Shown here piece by piece: positions 1-10,120 of a DNA stretch of 64,000 nucleotides (the first letter of the stretch is position 1; each line of letters opens with the position of its first letter). The DNA is from Verrucomicrobiota bacterium. GTDB taxonomy: Bacteria > Verrucomicrobiota > Verrucomicrobiia > Limisphaerales > JADLHS01. The position numbers and the translations under genes are program-made. The stretch spans positions 9,759 to 73,758 of the forward strand of contig JANNAO010000406.1 of NCBI GenBank assembly GCA_031384405.1, read 5' to 3'. The notes under the pieces were generated by a model. It saw nothing but the letters and a program-made list of their open reading frames with translations. It had not been told where the DNA came from and made no database searches.

Positions 1-143
1 TGTTTGTTCTGGAGCAGCGCGTAGCGTTTGATCTGCTCGAAGCCTAGCAAGCCGAGCGGCAACTCAACGATGTTCTCGTTATGCACCGTCACTGTTTCCA
101 GTTCGACTGCTTCCACCGATTCAATTGTTTCACAAGTGTTCAT
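1..143 (-). CDS. fliW: flagellar assembly factor FliW, N-terminal 47 codons (gene continues past left edge)
   Basis: Minus-strand ATG at 143..141 opens MNTCETIESVEAVELETVTVHNENIVELPLGLLGFEQIKRYALLQNK and stays open to position 1. The hydrophobic-x-F/L-P-x-G-L-x-G-F-E-x4-(F/Y)-x-L-L signature is typical of the FliW N-terminus. Too short to appear in the ORF track. Confidence 0.55.
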   Translation of the reverse strand, partial: MNTCETIESVEAVELETVTVHNENIVELPLGLLGFEQIKRYALLQNK

Positions 144-386
144 GATTTTAGATGTCACGGGCTGTTTAGCAGCGGCGATGCCACATCGGAAATCACCAAT
201 AAACACGATGGTTTCGTGAATATCAGCTTGCGAAGTAGGAAAAATTTGCCGGGATGAGAACCGCAACCCGGCAAAAATTACCGGGTTGAAGAGTGATCCT
301 TGAAGGGAGTGGAAGTTGGACGGCGAAAGGAAAGCGCCTGTGTGCGCGATCCTGTGAAAATGAAATGCGTCCGCGAGTGCAGCGGA

Positions 387-1676
387 CTATTTCCTCACCG
401 CCGCACTTTGCCCGTGAGCGTCCAGCCCTTCCACCTCGGCGAACTTCTTCACGGCAGGCAACGCCTTCTTCAGCGCAGCGCGAGAATACTCCACCACGCT
501 CGTGCGCCGTTGAAATTGATCCACGGTCAATCCAGCGAAGGATGCGCCCGCGCCATCCGTCGGCAGGACGTGGCTCGGTCCGGCGATGTAATCTCCCAGC
601 ACAGTAGGTGAATAATTGCCGAGGAAGATCGCGCCAGCCGTCACGATGTCGCGGCTGAGTTTGCCGGCGGCGCGCGTGAGGACTTCGCAATGTTCGGGCG
701 CGATGCGATTCGTCAACGTCACGCCATCGGCAAGTGTTTTCACTTGGATCAGCCAGACGTTGCGATCCAACACGCGCTGGATGAGCGCGCGTCGTGCGAG
801 ATTCGTGAGCTGCTTCGCGATCTCCTTCTCGACGGCTTTGAGAACCTTCGTAGAAGTCGTCACGAGCCAGACGCGTTCGTGGCCGGAGCCGTGTTCGGCC
901 TGCGCGAGCATGTCGGCAGCGGCGAACTTCGGATTCGCAGTATCATCTGCAAGGATTAGCACGTCACTCGGGCCAGCGAGAAGATCAATGGCGACGCGAC
1001 CAACAAGCAACCGTTTCGCCATGCTGACATAGGCGTTGCCAGGACCGAAAATCTTTTGAACGCGACGGATCGTCTTCGTGCCATAAGCCATCGCAGCCAC
1101 GGCTTGCGCTCCGCCGATGCGGTAAATCTCCGTCGCACCCGCTGCTCGCGCGGCGAAGAGGATCGCGGGATTGATCGAGCCATCTTTGCCGCACGGCGTG
1201 CAGACCACGATATCTTTGCAACCCGCGACCTTGGCGAGCGTGATGGTCATCAACGCTGTTGAGACGAGTGGCGCCGTGCCGCCAGGGATATAAATGCCAA
1301 CGCGTTGGAACGCATCGAATTTTTCTCCCACCACTGCGCCGTGGGAATTTTCCGCCCGCCAATCTTTGCGAACAGATTTCTTGGCGAAGGTTGCGATGTT
1401 GTTCTGCGCCTCAGCAACAGCGTCGCGCAAGGAATCATCCGCCTTGAGCGAGGCGGCGAGAAGTTCTTCCTTCGTGACGGCGAGTTGATTGGCGGAAAGT
1501 TTTGCGCCATCGAAACGTTCAGTCAGCTCCAGCACGGCGGCGTCACCACGCGCGGCGACGTCATCCAGAATGGCGCGCGTGCGCTGTTCGATGGCGGGAT
1601 CAAATAGGCTGGATGCGGCGGTGACTTGGGCGAGTTGCGCGGCGAAATCTTTGTCCGTGTGACGAATCACTCTCAT
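387..1676 (-). CDS. hisD: histidinol dehydrogenase
   Basis: 429-aa ORF with HisD hallmarks: DMLAQAEHG (QAEHD-type region) and GDYIAGPSHVLPT near the C-terminus. Length is typical. Confidence 0.95.
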   Translation of the reverse strand: MRVIRHTDKDFAAQLAQVTAASSLFDPAIEQRTRAILDDVAARGDAAVLELTERFDGAKLSANQLAVTKEELLAASLKADDSLRDAVAEAQNNIATFAKKSVRKDWRAENSHGAVVGEKFDAFQRVGIYIPGGTAPLVSTALMTITLAKVAGCKDIVVCTPCGKDGSINPAILFAARAAGATEIYRIGGAQAVAAMAYGTKTIRRVQKIFGPGNAYVSMAKRLLVGRVAIDLLAGPSDVLILADDTANPKFAAADMLAQAEHGSGHERVWLVTTSTKVLKAVEKEIAKQLTNLARRALIQRVLDRNVWLIQVKTLADGVTLTNRIAPEHCEVLTRAAGKLSRDIVTAGAIFLGNYSPTVLGDYIAGPSHVLPTDGAGASFAGLTVDQFQRRTSVVEYSRAALKKALPAVKKFAEVEGLDAHGQSAAVRK

Positions 1677-1849
1677 GCTTGCAGGCTACGGCAAAGCGGA
1701 GGGCGATGGAAGAATGAATAGGACGCGATCCAAAGCGACGGTCAATAATGGGGGTCTTAATCTTCCTCCTGATCTTTTTCGGTTCTTCGCCTTTTTCAGT
1801 GGGACTGCAAAGCGATGGCGAGAAGAGTCGAGGGGCGGCGTAGAATTCT

Positions 1850-1876
1850 CCCTCTCCCCATCGGATGGGGAGAGGG
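1850..1876. repeat. GC hairpin repeat (ccctctcccca-tcgga-tggggagaggg)
   Basis: Perfect 11-bp inverted repeat with a 5-nt loop in the hisD/TPR divergent spacer. It translates as SPSDGER, an artefact motif I associate with intergenic repeats of PVC bacteria. Confidence 0.6.
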
Positions 1877-2057
1877 TGGCCGACAGGCCGCGTGAAGGGT
1901 TGGCGGGATTCTCCCGATTATCTTCCGCGCTTGGTATGATATGCCTCGGAAGTCACCGAGGAAACCAAGAGCAAGCCAAAGTTTCAAACCGAGTCATTCG
2001 TTGTCCTTCGATGATATTGACAACCCAGCACGGACGACGCAGTCTCGACGCCGTCGT

Positions 2058-3068
2058 ATGAACACCACTCAGATTTTTTCCCGTTTCTCGCGGACGCTTT
2101 GCCTCATTGCGCTCTCGGCCTTTATCACCACCGCACAGACCAACGCGGCAGAACCGACAACGGAAGCGACAGGCGGCTCCAACGAAACCCTCCGTTCCTA
2201 TCTGCAACTTCAAGAGCAGCTCCACGCCACACAACTCGCGCTGGAGCGTAACCGTCAGGAATCCGAAGCGCTCGCGGCGCGCAATGCTGAGGCTGTGGCC
2301 GCGCGATTCAAAACCATCGAAGCAGCCGTCGGTGCTGCACGATTGGCCGAAATGGATTCGATGCAGAAGACACTCCAGAGCAATAATAAGTTGATGTTGA
2401 TCGTCGGCGGATCCATCGCAGGTGTCGGATTCTTCGTGCTGCTGGCCACGGGTTATCTGCAATGGCGTTCGGTGAACCGGCTTGCGGAATTCTCCACACT
2501 CATCCAAAGCGCGCGCGCTGCCATTGCCGCGCCGACGCAGAACCAGACTGAGGCTCAACTGCTCGGCACTGGCGAGACAGCTCAATCAAACGGACGATTA
2601 TTCGGCGCGTTGACTCAGTTGGAAAAACGCATTCACGAACTCGAACACACCGCGCATATCCCGACGCAGGCTCAGGCTCTCACCGCAGGTACAGGCAACA
2701 CTGGCGCGGACGCCATCGCCCATGCCGACAACGGCGGTCATTCGGATCACAACTCATTGCTCATCGCCAAGGGGCAATCGCTGTTGAACATGGAGAAGCC
2801 GTCTGAGGCACTCGCATGCTTCGAGGAAATCTTGAAAGCCGAACCGAATCACGCCGAAGCACTCGTGAAGAAAGGCATCGCGCTGGAAGAACTCCGCCAG
2901 ACCGAGGAAGCCATCCGTTGTTACGACCGTGCCATCGAAGCCAACGCCGATCTTACCATTGCTTATCTGCAAAAGGGCGGGTTGTTCAATCGTCTGGAGC
3001 GTTATGAAGAGGCGTTGCAATGCTACGAGCAGGCATTGCACGCGCAGGAAAAAGCGCAGAGGAATTGA
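2058..3068 (+). CDS. exported/membrane coiled-coil protein with C-terminal TPR repeats
   Basis: Start chosen at the internal ATG at 2058 (MNTTQIFSRFSRTLCLIALSAFITTAQTNAAEP, signal-like). It has a mid-protein TM helix (LMLIVGGSIAGVGFFVLLATGYL). The C-terminus holds three TPR-like units (ALACFEEILKAEPNHAEALVKKGIAL..., AIRCYDRAIEAN..., ALQCYEQAL). Confidence 0.7.
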   Translation: MNTTQIFSRFSRTLCLIALSAFITTAQTNAAEPTTEATGGSNETLRSYLQLQEQLHATQLALERNRQESEALAARNAEAVAARFKTIEAAVGAARLAEMDSMQKTLQSNNKLMLIVGGSIAGVGFFVLLATGYLQWRSVNRLAEFSTLIQSARAAIAAPTQNQTEAQLLGTGETAQSNGRLFGALTQLEKRIHELEHTAHIPTQAQALTAGTGNTGADAIAHADNGGHSDHNSLLIAKGQSLLNMEKPSEALACFEEILKAEPNHAEALVKKGIALEELRQTEEAIRCYDRAIEANADLTIAYLQKGGLFNRLERYEEALQCYEQALHAQEKAQRN

Positions 3069-3153
3069 AATTTGTAGGCGACGAGGTAACGAGGCGGCGG
3101 CGGATTTCAGATAGTCGTCGTCGGAAGTAGAACTTTATTCGGACTTTGGACGG

Positions 3154-4617
3154 TCAGTTGAACTGCAAATCCCCGCCCTTGCGCTCTGCTTCAAGTTGTT
3201 TTCGCATCAGCGCGATCTTCGCCTTGATCAACTCGCGGTTCTCTTCACCTTTCGCAGCGAGTGCCTTCTCCAGGTCAGCAATGCGGCCTTCGTAGGCGCG
3301 GAGGCGATCTTGCAGCGGGGTCTGCAATTCATTCAGTCGCCGCTCCAATTCTGCCATCTCAGCGGCGGCGGCGTGTTGCGCTTCCATCATGTCGCTGCGT
3401 TGAGAGACGAGACTGCTGACGGCTTTCTCTTTGAGTTGATCCATCACGCCGGAGCGGATGGCGTCGTGAGCGCGGGCGACTTTATTTTCCGCTTCCAACG
3501 CGCGTTGCTGCCAGTCGCCTGCGTCAGTCTGCGTATTGGTTGAAAGTGTTGAACCCACCAAGGCAGGCAACATCGTGGCGGCTGGCTTGCGACGGAACGC
3601 CAGCCATGCAAGCAAGGTGAACAAAAGAGTTCCCGCTGCGATCAACCCCGCGACGAGCAATCGGTTGTTCTCTTTCGCCTGTGCGACCTGGACTTTTTCC
3701 TGAGATATCTGCTGTTGCAACCGCCCAGCCACGGTCTTCTCCTGAATCTGACTGAGTGCCGCCATGATCTTGCGATCCACGAGCTGGCCTTGTTTGGCGA
3801 CGGTTTGTCCCGCTTGATAATTATCCGCCACGAACAACGGCTCGGTGTGGCGCGTGCGCGCGGCCAGAGTGAGTTCGCTCTCGACGAAACAATTCACGCG
3901 CAGCGCTCGCGCTGCGAAACGCGCCGCGTCCGGTTCGTCCGCACCAAACTTTTCCACCAACGCGATGCGCGCGCGGCTCATGGTCAGCAGATTAGTTTTG
4001 TTTTCCTTAGCACCGCGTGCAGCAACGTCATCCAAGCCGATTGTTTCGCGTTCGCCCTTCACCGACACGAGCAGGACCTGACTCCCGATCTTGGGCGCGT
4101 TTGTGAGATTGTCGAACCGTATGGGTTGCTCCATCGCCTGTCGCACGCGCGCGAGTAGAGTGATCTGCGCGGCCAAGCCATCGCTGCCCAAAGCCCAATC
4201 CTCCGCCAGAATTCTAGTCAGCGGGAAAGTTTTGTTCTGTTTCTTGAACGACGCGATGAGTTTGTCGAACTGTTGTGTCTCCAACTGATCTTCCTCAAGG
4301 CGCGTGTGATGAAAGCTGCTGTGCATCAATCGCACGAAATTGCTGCGCGCCAGCGAGAACGTCTCGCGCATCTCCGTTTCCACGACAGCCGCAGCGGTCT
4401 TGTCGAACCGGAAGATAACCGGGATGCGGAGTGATTCTTTTTCCTTCAACGCTTCGGTGGCCGCCGGGTCCACGACCATCAATGGCACGGGGGTGATGAT
4501 GTTTTCGTCCAGCTTGTCGCCGACACGGTATTCAGCGAGATCGCGCGCGCTGGCGGTGATGAGAAGTTGAGAACAGACAAATGTCGTGAGAGCAGTGCGT
4601 CGGAATGTGTTCACCAT
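3154..4617 (-). CDS. single-pass membrane protein: exported N-domain, TM helix, cytoplasmic coiled coil (function unknown)
   Basis: 487-aa ORF with an N-terminal signal-like segment, one TM helix (LLVAGLIAAGTLLFTLLAWLAF) and a C-terminal heptad-rich segment (AEMAELERRLNELQTPLQDRLRAYEGRIADLEKALAAKGEENRELIKAKIALMRKQLEAE). It overlaps the upstream ORF by 7 nt. Confidence 0.6.
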   Translation of the reverse strand: MVNTFRRTALTTFVCSQLLITASARDLAEYRVGDKLDENIITPVPLMVVDPAATEALKEKESLRIPVIFRFDKTAAAVVETEMRETFSLARSNFVRLMHSSFHHTRLEEDQLETQQFDKLIASFKKQNKTFPLTRILAEDWALGSDGLAAQITLLARVRQAMEQPIRFDNLTNAPKIGSQVLLVSVKGERETIGLDDVAARGAKENKTNLLTMSRARIALVEKFGADEPDAARFAARALRVNCFVESELTLAARTRHTEPLFVADNYQAGQTVAKQGQLVDRKIMAALSQIQEKTVAGRLQQQISQEKVQVAQAKENNRLLVAGLIAAGTLLFTLLAWLAFRRKPAATMLPALVGSTLSTNTQTDAGDWQQRALEAENKVARAHDAIRSGVMDQLKEKAVSSLVSQRSDMMEAQHAAAAEMAELERRLNELQTPLQDRLRAYEGRIADLEKALAAKGEENRELIKAKIALMRKQLEAERKGGDLQFN

Positions 4618-5072
4618 AGGAAGGATTTTTGTTCACCCAACAGTTGATCTCCGCTCCAGAGCGTCACGCGCCAGGCGGTTACTTCGCCGAACTTCTTAAA
4701 CTCATCGCCCACGAGTTGGAGTCTGGCCCAGTGCCCCGTGCCTGTGATTCGGACCTGCGTTTCGAGGCTGGTTTTGCTGGGCAAATCTCCCTTGGCCGTG
4801 CCGCGTAATTCCACACGCAACGTGGCCTTCTCATTCATCGCACTGCGTCCGCGCCACAAAATATCGAAGCGCATACCGGAACACAGAGCGGGATTTTGTC
4901 GCAGTTTGGCTTGATACGCATCGCGGTCGTAGAGGCTGGGCGAAAGCGAGTGACGCCCCTTCAGATCGAGAAAGTGCGGCAGGACTTTGACGACTTTGCC
5001 ATTGGCCGCAGACGCAGAAAACGCCGCTGCGAGCAGCAGGAGGGTGAGAATAGTTTGGAGCGCGCGACGCAC
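4611..5072 (-). CDS. small secreted protein, unknown function
   Basis: 153-aa ORF with a clear signal peptide (MRRALQTILTLLLLAAAFSASAANG). It overlaps the downstream 487-aa ORF at 4611..4617, which implies co-translation. Confidence 0.6.
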   Translation of the reverse strand: MRRALQTILTLLLLAAAFSASAANGKVVKVLPHFLDLKGRHSLSPSLYDRDAYQAKLRQNPALCSGMRFDILWRGRSAMNEKATLRVELRGTAKGDLPSKTSLETQVRITGTGHWARLQLVGDEFKKFGEVTAWRVTLWSGDQLLGEQKSFLW

Positions 5073-5136
5073 GATGCGACGATAGCGACTGTGTCGGATG
5101 ACTCAAGCGTGAAAGTTCATCCGCAACCAAACGTGA

Positions 5137-5708
5137 TCAAATTTCAAAAAAACGCATCACGCTGTCGCCGTGCTTGAGCAACTTCACTTCTTTCCAAGCG
5201 GCGGGAATTTCCAGTGTGTCGCGACGTGCATGGCCGAGGCCGAATCGTCCGCCGGGTTTCAGCAGCTTTGGCAGGTTCAGATCATCGAGAAGTTTTTGGG
5301 CAAATGAAGCCGAACGCTTGCCGACATTTTTGTCGCCGTAAGGAGGATCAGCTAGAATCACATCAAAGGTCTGCCCCACGGCGACAAGTTGAGGCAATGC
5401 GGCGAAGACATCCTGTGTGCGGACTTCCAGCGTGGCCGGATCGAAGCCCGGCGTTGTGGCGTTGCGCCGGATGAAGTCGGCGTGCTTGGGAGAAAGTTCC
5501 ACACAGACAGCGAATGCCGCACCGCGACTCAACGATTCCAGACTCAACGCGCCGCTGCCGCCGAACAACTCCAACACACGCGCGCCGACAACTCGTTCGC
5601 CGAGCGAGTTAAAGATGGCTTGTTTGACGCGATCAATCGTCGGACGCACCGCCATGCCTTTCGGCACTTTGAGAATCCGCCCGCCCGCATGACCGCCGGA
5701 GATTCGCA

Positions 5709-5709
<1 letters not shown>
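5137..5709 (-). CDS. rsmD: 16S rRNA (guanine966-N2)-methyltransferase RsmD
   Basis: Start trimmed to the ATG at 5709..5707 (MRISGGHAGGRILKVPKG...). It has the SAM-binding motif LELFGGSGALSLESLSRGA and the DPPY motif (ILADPPYG). The ATG shares one nucleotide with the sdhB stop codon (TGATG). Confidence 0.85.
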
Positions 5710-6471
<762 letters not shown>

Positions 6472-6482
<11 letters not shown>

Positions 6483-7116
6483 GGCTAAATTTTTTTGCTT
6501 TTGCGCCGGTTGATTTCGTCGGCTGCTTCATCAACGTGTGAAAGCCGATTTCGCGCTTGGGCGATTTCTTTTCGCTCATCAGAGCGCGGATGGCGTCGAA
6601 CACGGCGCGGAACTGTTGGTCGTATTTTCCCTCCAGTGCTGCCAGTTTCCGCGAGAGGTCGGCGTGCGTTGCCAACAACTGCCGCAATTGCACGAACGTC
6701 CGCATGATGGCGAGGTTTGTCTGGATGGAGCGGGGACTGTTCAGCACGCCGGATAGCATCGCCACACCCTGTTCTGTGAAAGCGTAGGGGCGGTATTTTA
6801 TATTTTTCCCTGATTCCAAGGTCACAATTTGTGATCTTGGAATTTGCGTTGTTTTTGAGGTTTTTCTGCTGATTTCGCCATCCAAGGTCACAATTTGTGA
6901 CCTTGAAATCATATCCGCTTCCTCCTTGGAAACCTGAAACATGAAGTCCTCGGGAAATCGTTCCAAGTTGCGCTTCACCGCTTGATTCAAAACCCTAGTC
7001 TCCACGCCGTAGAGTTCCGCTAAGTCACGGTCGAGCATCACCTTCTCGCCGCGCAACAACAGAATCTTCCGCTCAATGCGAGCGGCTGGAATCAGTGCAA
7101 TGGTTTGTTTGCTCAT
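6472..7116 (-). CDS. ORF6N-domain DNA-binding protein (KilA-N/Rha-related), inserted between sdhA and sdhB
   Basis: The N-terminus [48 protein letters not shown] and the [20 protein letters not shown] segment are the ORF6N family signature. The C-terminus is a coiled coil. The RSQIVTL segment is duplicated. By eye the gene is more AT-rich than the flanking sdh genes. Confidence 0.85.
6816..6840. repeat. palindrome copy 1 (ccaaggtcacaatttgtgatcttgg) inside the ORF6N CDS
   Basis: Near-perfect inverted repeat. On the minus strand it encodes PRSQIVTLE. Confidence 0.9.
6882..6905. repeat. palindrome copy 2 (ccaaggtcacaatttgtgaccttg) inside the ORF6N CDS
   Basis: Lies 66 nt (22 codons, in frame) from copy 1. 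On the minus strand it encodes SRSQIVTLD. Confidence 0.9.
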
Positions 7117-7128
7117 GCGGCGTGAATT

Positions 7129-7153
7129 TCAAGGTCACAAATTGTGACCTTGG
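7129..7153. promoter_or_regulatory. palindrome copy 3 (tcaaggtcacaaattgtgaccttgg), candidate operator or hairpin upstream of the ORF6N gene
   Basis: Lies 13-37 nt upstream of the ORF6N ATG (7116) and 9 nt downstream of the sdhA stop. It has the same 21-bp core as copies 1 and 2 but inverted (central aaatt versus aattt). Confidence 0.6.
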
Positions 7154-7161
7154 ATTCCAAA

Positions 7162-9123
7162 TCATTTATAAGAGCGTGTGCTCATGTGGACTTCTTCATA
7201 CACGAGCGGCTCTTTGTTCAGGATCGGCGCTTTGTCCGGTGCTCCGGCATATTCCCAACCAGCGACATAAGCGAACGCATCATCGCGACGCTTCACATCG
7301 CCTGGATTCACGAGGCCCTGCTTGGTTTCGGGATCGTCGGGCGTGTACTGATATTCTTCGCGGAAATGGCCACCGCAACTCTCCTCGCGATGGAGTGCGT
7401 CGCGGCACATGAGTTCGCCGAGTTCGATGAAGTCCGCCACGCGACCGGCCTGTTCGAACGATTGATTCCAATCCGCCGCCTCGCCGGACACCATCACGTT
7501 CTTCGCATACTCCTCGCGCAATTCGCCGATGAGTTTGATTCCCTTTTCCAGCCCGGCCTTGGTACGCGCCATGCCGCAATGATCCCACATCAGTTTGCCA
7601 AGTTCCTTGTGGAAGCTCGCAGGCGTGCGCCTGCCTTGGTTGCCGAGCAATTGTTTGGTCAATGATTGAACATTTTCCTCGGCCTGTTTGAACGCCGCGT
7701 TGTCGGTGTTCGGACGCTTGTCAGGCTTCTGTGACGCGAGATAACCGCTGATCGTCGCTGGCAAAACAAAATAGCCGTCACTCAAGCCCTGCATCAGCGC
7801 GCTCGCGCCGAGGCGGTTCGCGCCGTGATCGGAGAAGTTCGCCTCGCCCAGCACGAATAGGCCGGGGACGTTGCTCATCAAATTGTAGTCCACCCACAGC
7901 CCGCCCATCGTGTAATGCACGGCGGGATAAATCCGCATCGGCGTTTTGTAGGCGTCTTCGTTCGTGATCTCTTGATACATCGCGAACAAGTTGCCGTAAC
8001 GCTCACGCACCTTGCTTTCGCCAAGCCGACCGATGGCGGCGGAAAAATCCAGATAAACGCCGAGTCCCGTTTCGCCAACGCCGCGACCCTCATCGCAAAC
8101 CGTCTTGGCCGCGCGGCTCGCGATGTCGCGGGGCGCGAGGTTGCCGAACGCGGAATACATCCGCTCCAGATAATAATCGCGATCCGCTTCGGGAATGTCC
8201 TGCGGCGGCTTCTTGCAATCCTCCTTCTTCTTCGGCGTCCACACGCGACCGTCGTTGCGAAGTGATTCGCTCATCAGCGTCAGCTTGGACTGATAATCGC
8301 CGCTGACCGGGATGCACGTCGGATGAATCTGCGTGTAGCACGGATTGCCGAAGCACGCGCCGCGTTTGTAAGCGCGCCAGCTCGCGGTGACGTTCGCCTG
8401 CCGCGCGTAAGTGGAGAGGTTATAGACATTGCCGTAACCACCGGTCGCCAGCACCACGGCATCCGCGCTGTGCTTGGTGATTTCACCGGTCTGGAGATTG
8501 CGGACGATGATGCCCTTCGCATGACCATCCACGACGACAAGATCGAGCATCTCGGAGTGCGTGTAAGATTTCACTGCGCCCGCGCCGATCATCTTGTTCA
8601 ACGCCGAATACGCACCGAGCAACAACTGCTGCCCCGTCTGCCCGCGCGCGTAGAACGTCCGCGAAACTTGCGCGCCGCCGAACGAGCGGTTGTCGAGCAA
8701 GCCGCCGTATTCGCGGGCGAACGGCACACCCTGCGCCGCACACTGGTCAATGATGTTGACCGAAACTTCAGCGAGGCGATGCACATTGGCTTCGCGGGCG
8801 CGGAAGTCGCCGCCTTTGATCGTGTCGTAAAATAAACGGTGAACCGAGTCGCCGTCGTTCTGATAATTCTTGGCAGCGTTGATACCGCCCTGCGCCGCGA
8901 CCGAGTGCGCGCGCCGGGGAGAATCATGGAACACGAAGTTATGAACTTCGTAACCCAGTTCCGCAAGCGTGGCGGAAGCGGATGATCCCGCGAGTCCGGC
9001 GCCGACGATGATGACCTTGTATTTCCGCTTGTTCGCCGGGTTGATGAGCTTGGTGTTGAACTTGTAGCTCTCCCACTTCGAAGCGAGCGGGCCGGACGGG
9101 ATGTTGGAATTCAGCGTGGCCAT
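7162..9123 (-). CDS. sdhA: succinate dehydrogenase/fumarate reductase flavoprotein subunit
   Basis: Start trimmed to the ATG at 9123 (MATLNSNIP...), 1 nt after the sdhC stop. It has the FAD dinucleotide fold [14 protein letters not shown], the covalent-FAD His region [15 protein letters not shown], and [10 protein letters not shown]. Confidence 0.95.
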   Translation of the reverse strand: MATLNSNIPSGPLASKWESYKFNTKLINPANKRKYKVIIVGAGLAGSSASATLAELGYEVHNFVFHDSPRRAHSVAAQGGINAAKNYQNDGDSVHRLFYDTIKGGDFRAREANVHRLAEVSVNIIDQCAAQGVPFAREYGGLLDNRSFGGAQVSRTFYARGQTGQQLLLGAYSALNKMIGAGAVKSYTHSEMLDLVVVDGHAKGIIVRNLQTGEITKHSADAVVLATGGYGNVYNLSTYARQANVTASWRAYKRGACFGNPCYTQIHPTCIPVSGDYQSKLTLMSESLRNDGRVWTPKKKEDCKKPPQDIPEADRDYYLERMYSAFGNLAPRDIASRAAKTVCDEGRGVGETGLGVYLDFSAAIGRLGESKVRERYGNLFAMYQEITNEDAYKTPMRIYPAVHYTMGGLWVDYNLMSNVPGLFVLGEANFSDHGANRLGASALMQGLSDGYFVLPATISGYLASQKPDKRPNTDNAAFKQAEENVQSLTKQLLGNQGRRTPASFHKELGKLMWDHCGMARTKAGLEKGIKLIGELREEYAKNVMVSGEAADWNQSFEQAGRVADFIELGELMCRDALHREESCGGHFREEYQYTPDDPETKQGLVNPGDVKRRDDAFAYVAGWEYAGAPDKAPILNKEPLVYEEVHMSTRSYK

Positions 9124-9124
9124 G

Positions 9125-9901
9125 TTAGTGCGTCTCCTTTGCGGTCGGCGTAGCGGGCGCAGCAGATTCAACGATGGAATGTTTCACCTTCTCGGCGTAA
9201 TCCGCGCCGACGGCTCGTAGATAAATCGTCGCGGGAATCGCTGCGTAACCAATGAAGATCGCGATGCTTGCTCCTTTGGCGAACAACTGGATGCGCGGCC
9301 ACCAGACGTGATCGCGCAAGCCGAAGGATTGAAACATCGCTGCCAGCCCGTGACCGAGATGGATGAACAACAACCCTTGCGCGACGATGTAAAACGCCGC
9401 GACCCACCAGACTTGAAAGCCGAGAATCATGATGCCGTAAACGTCGCGAACCTCTTCGCCGTGGATCACGGTCTTGAGCTTGGAGAAATCGCCAACGCCG
9501 TTGATGCCCGGCAGCAGCGCAGTGAAATGTGCCAAGTGATAAACAATGAAAGCCGCAATGACCAAACCGCTGACGAGCATGTAGCGCGATTGCCAAGTTG
9601 AACCATACGGCTCGCTGTCGTGGTAGGCGACGGGACGAGCCGCGCGATTGGCCACGGCCAGTTGAATCGCCGACCAGATGTGCAAGCCGACGATGGCGAG
9701 CAATCCGATGCGCGAGCCCCAGACCATCGCGGGTTTGCTCTGGAGGAAGTGGGCGTAATTGTTGATGAGTTCGGGCGGGCCGAAGACTTGCAAGTTGCCG
9801 ACCAAGTGGCCGATGACGAACAAGAACAGCAGCGCGCCTGTCCCGGCCATGATGTATTTTTTGCCGAGAGACGAATTAAGGATGCCTGACACAATGCTCA
9901 T
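9125..9901 (-). CDS. sdhC: succinate dehydrogenase cytochrome b subunit (b558-type, single membrane anchor)
   Basis: Start trimmed to the ATG at 9901 ([37 protein letters not shown]). It has five predicted TM helices with conserved His residues. Its position at the head of sdhC-A-(ORF6N)-B fits the type-B enzyme layout. Confidence 0.8.
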   Translation of the reverse strand: MSIVSGILNSSLGKKYIMAGTGALLFLFVIGHLVGNLQVFGPPELINNYAHFLQSKPAMVWGSRIGLLAIVGLHIWSAIQLAVANRAARPVAYHDSEPYGSTWQSRYMLVSGLVIAAFIVYHLAHFTALLPGINGVGDFSKLKTVIHGEEVRDVYGIMILGFQVWWVAAFYIVAQGLLFIHLGHGLAAMFQSFGLRDHVWWPRIQLFAKGASIAIFIGYAAIPATIYLRAVGADYAEKVKHSIVESAAPATPTAKETH

Positions 9902-10120
9902 GAAAAACGGTTGGGTTACGTGACGACTGAAACGCCTGCGACGGGGGAAGAAACTAGGGATTTGAAGCGGTGAACGCAATGACAGTTAGCCAGAATAAGC
10001 CTGTGCGTTGGGTGAAATGTAGCGCGCTAATCTCGTTGCCGTTCGGAAGTCCGGCAATTCACGGGCAAGGAGATGTTTTCGGCGGTTGAAACATGTACGG
10101 AAGGTCGCTAGCTTTGCTTT

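Noticed and set aside
6816-7153. Whether the three palindromic repeats could be a mini CRISPR array
   Set aside because: There are only three copies. Two lie in frame within a conserved CDS and one is inverted. The spacing is irregular (66 nt and 247 nt between copy starts), and there are no cas genes.
9902-10120. att-like direct repeats or a tRNA flanking the 10.1-14.7 kb islet (compared with 14414..14587)
   Set aside because: By eye I found no shared direct repeat of 12 nt or more between the two flanks. I also found no tRNA or integrase gene. The islet boundary rests only on gene content and the DUF2851 remnant.
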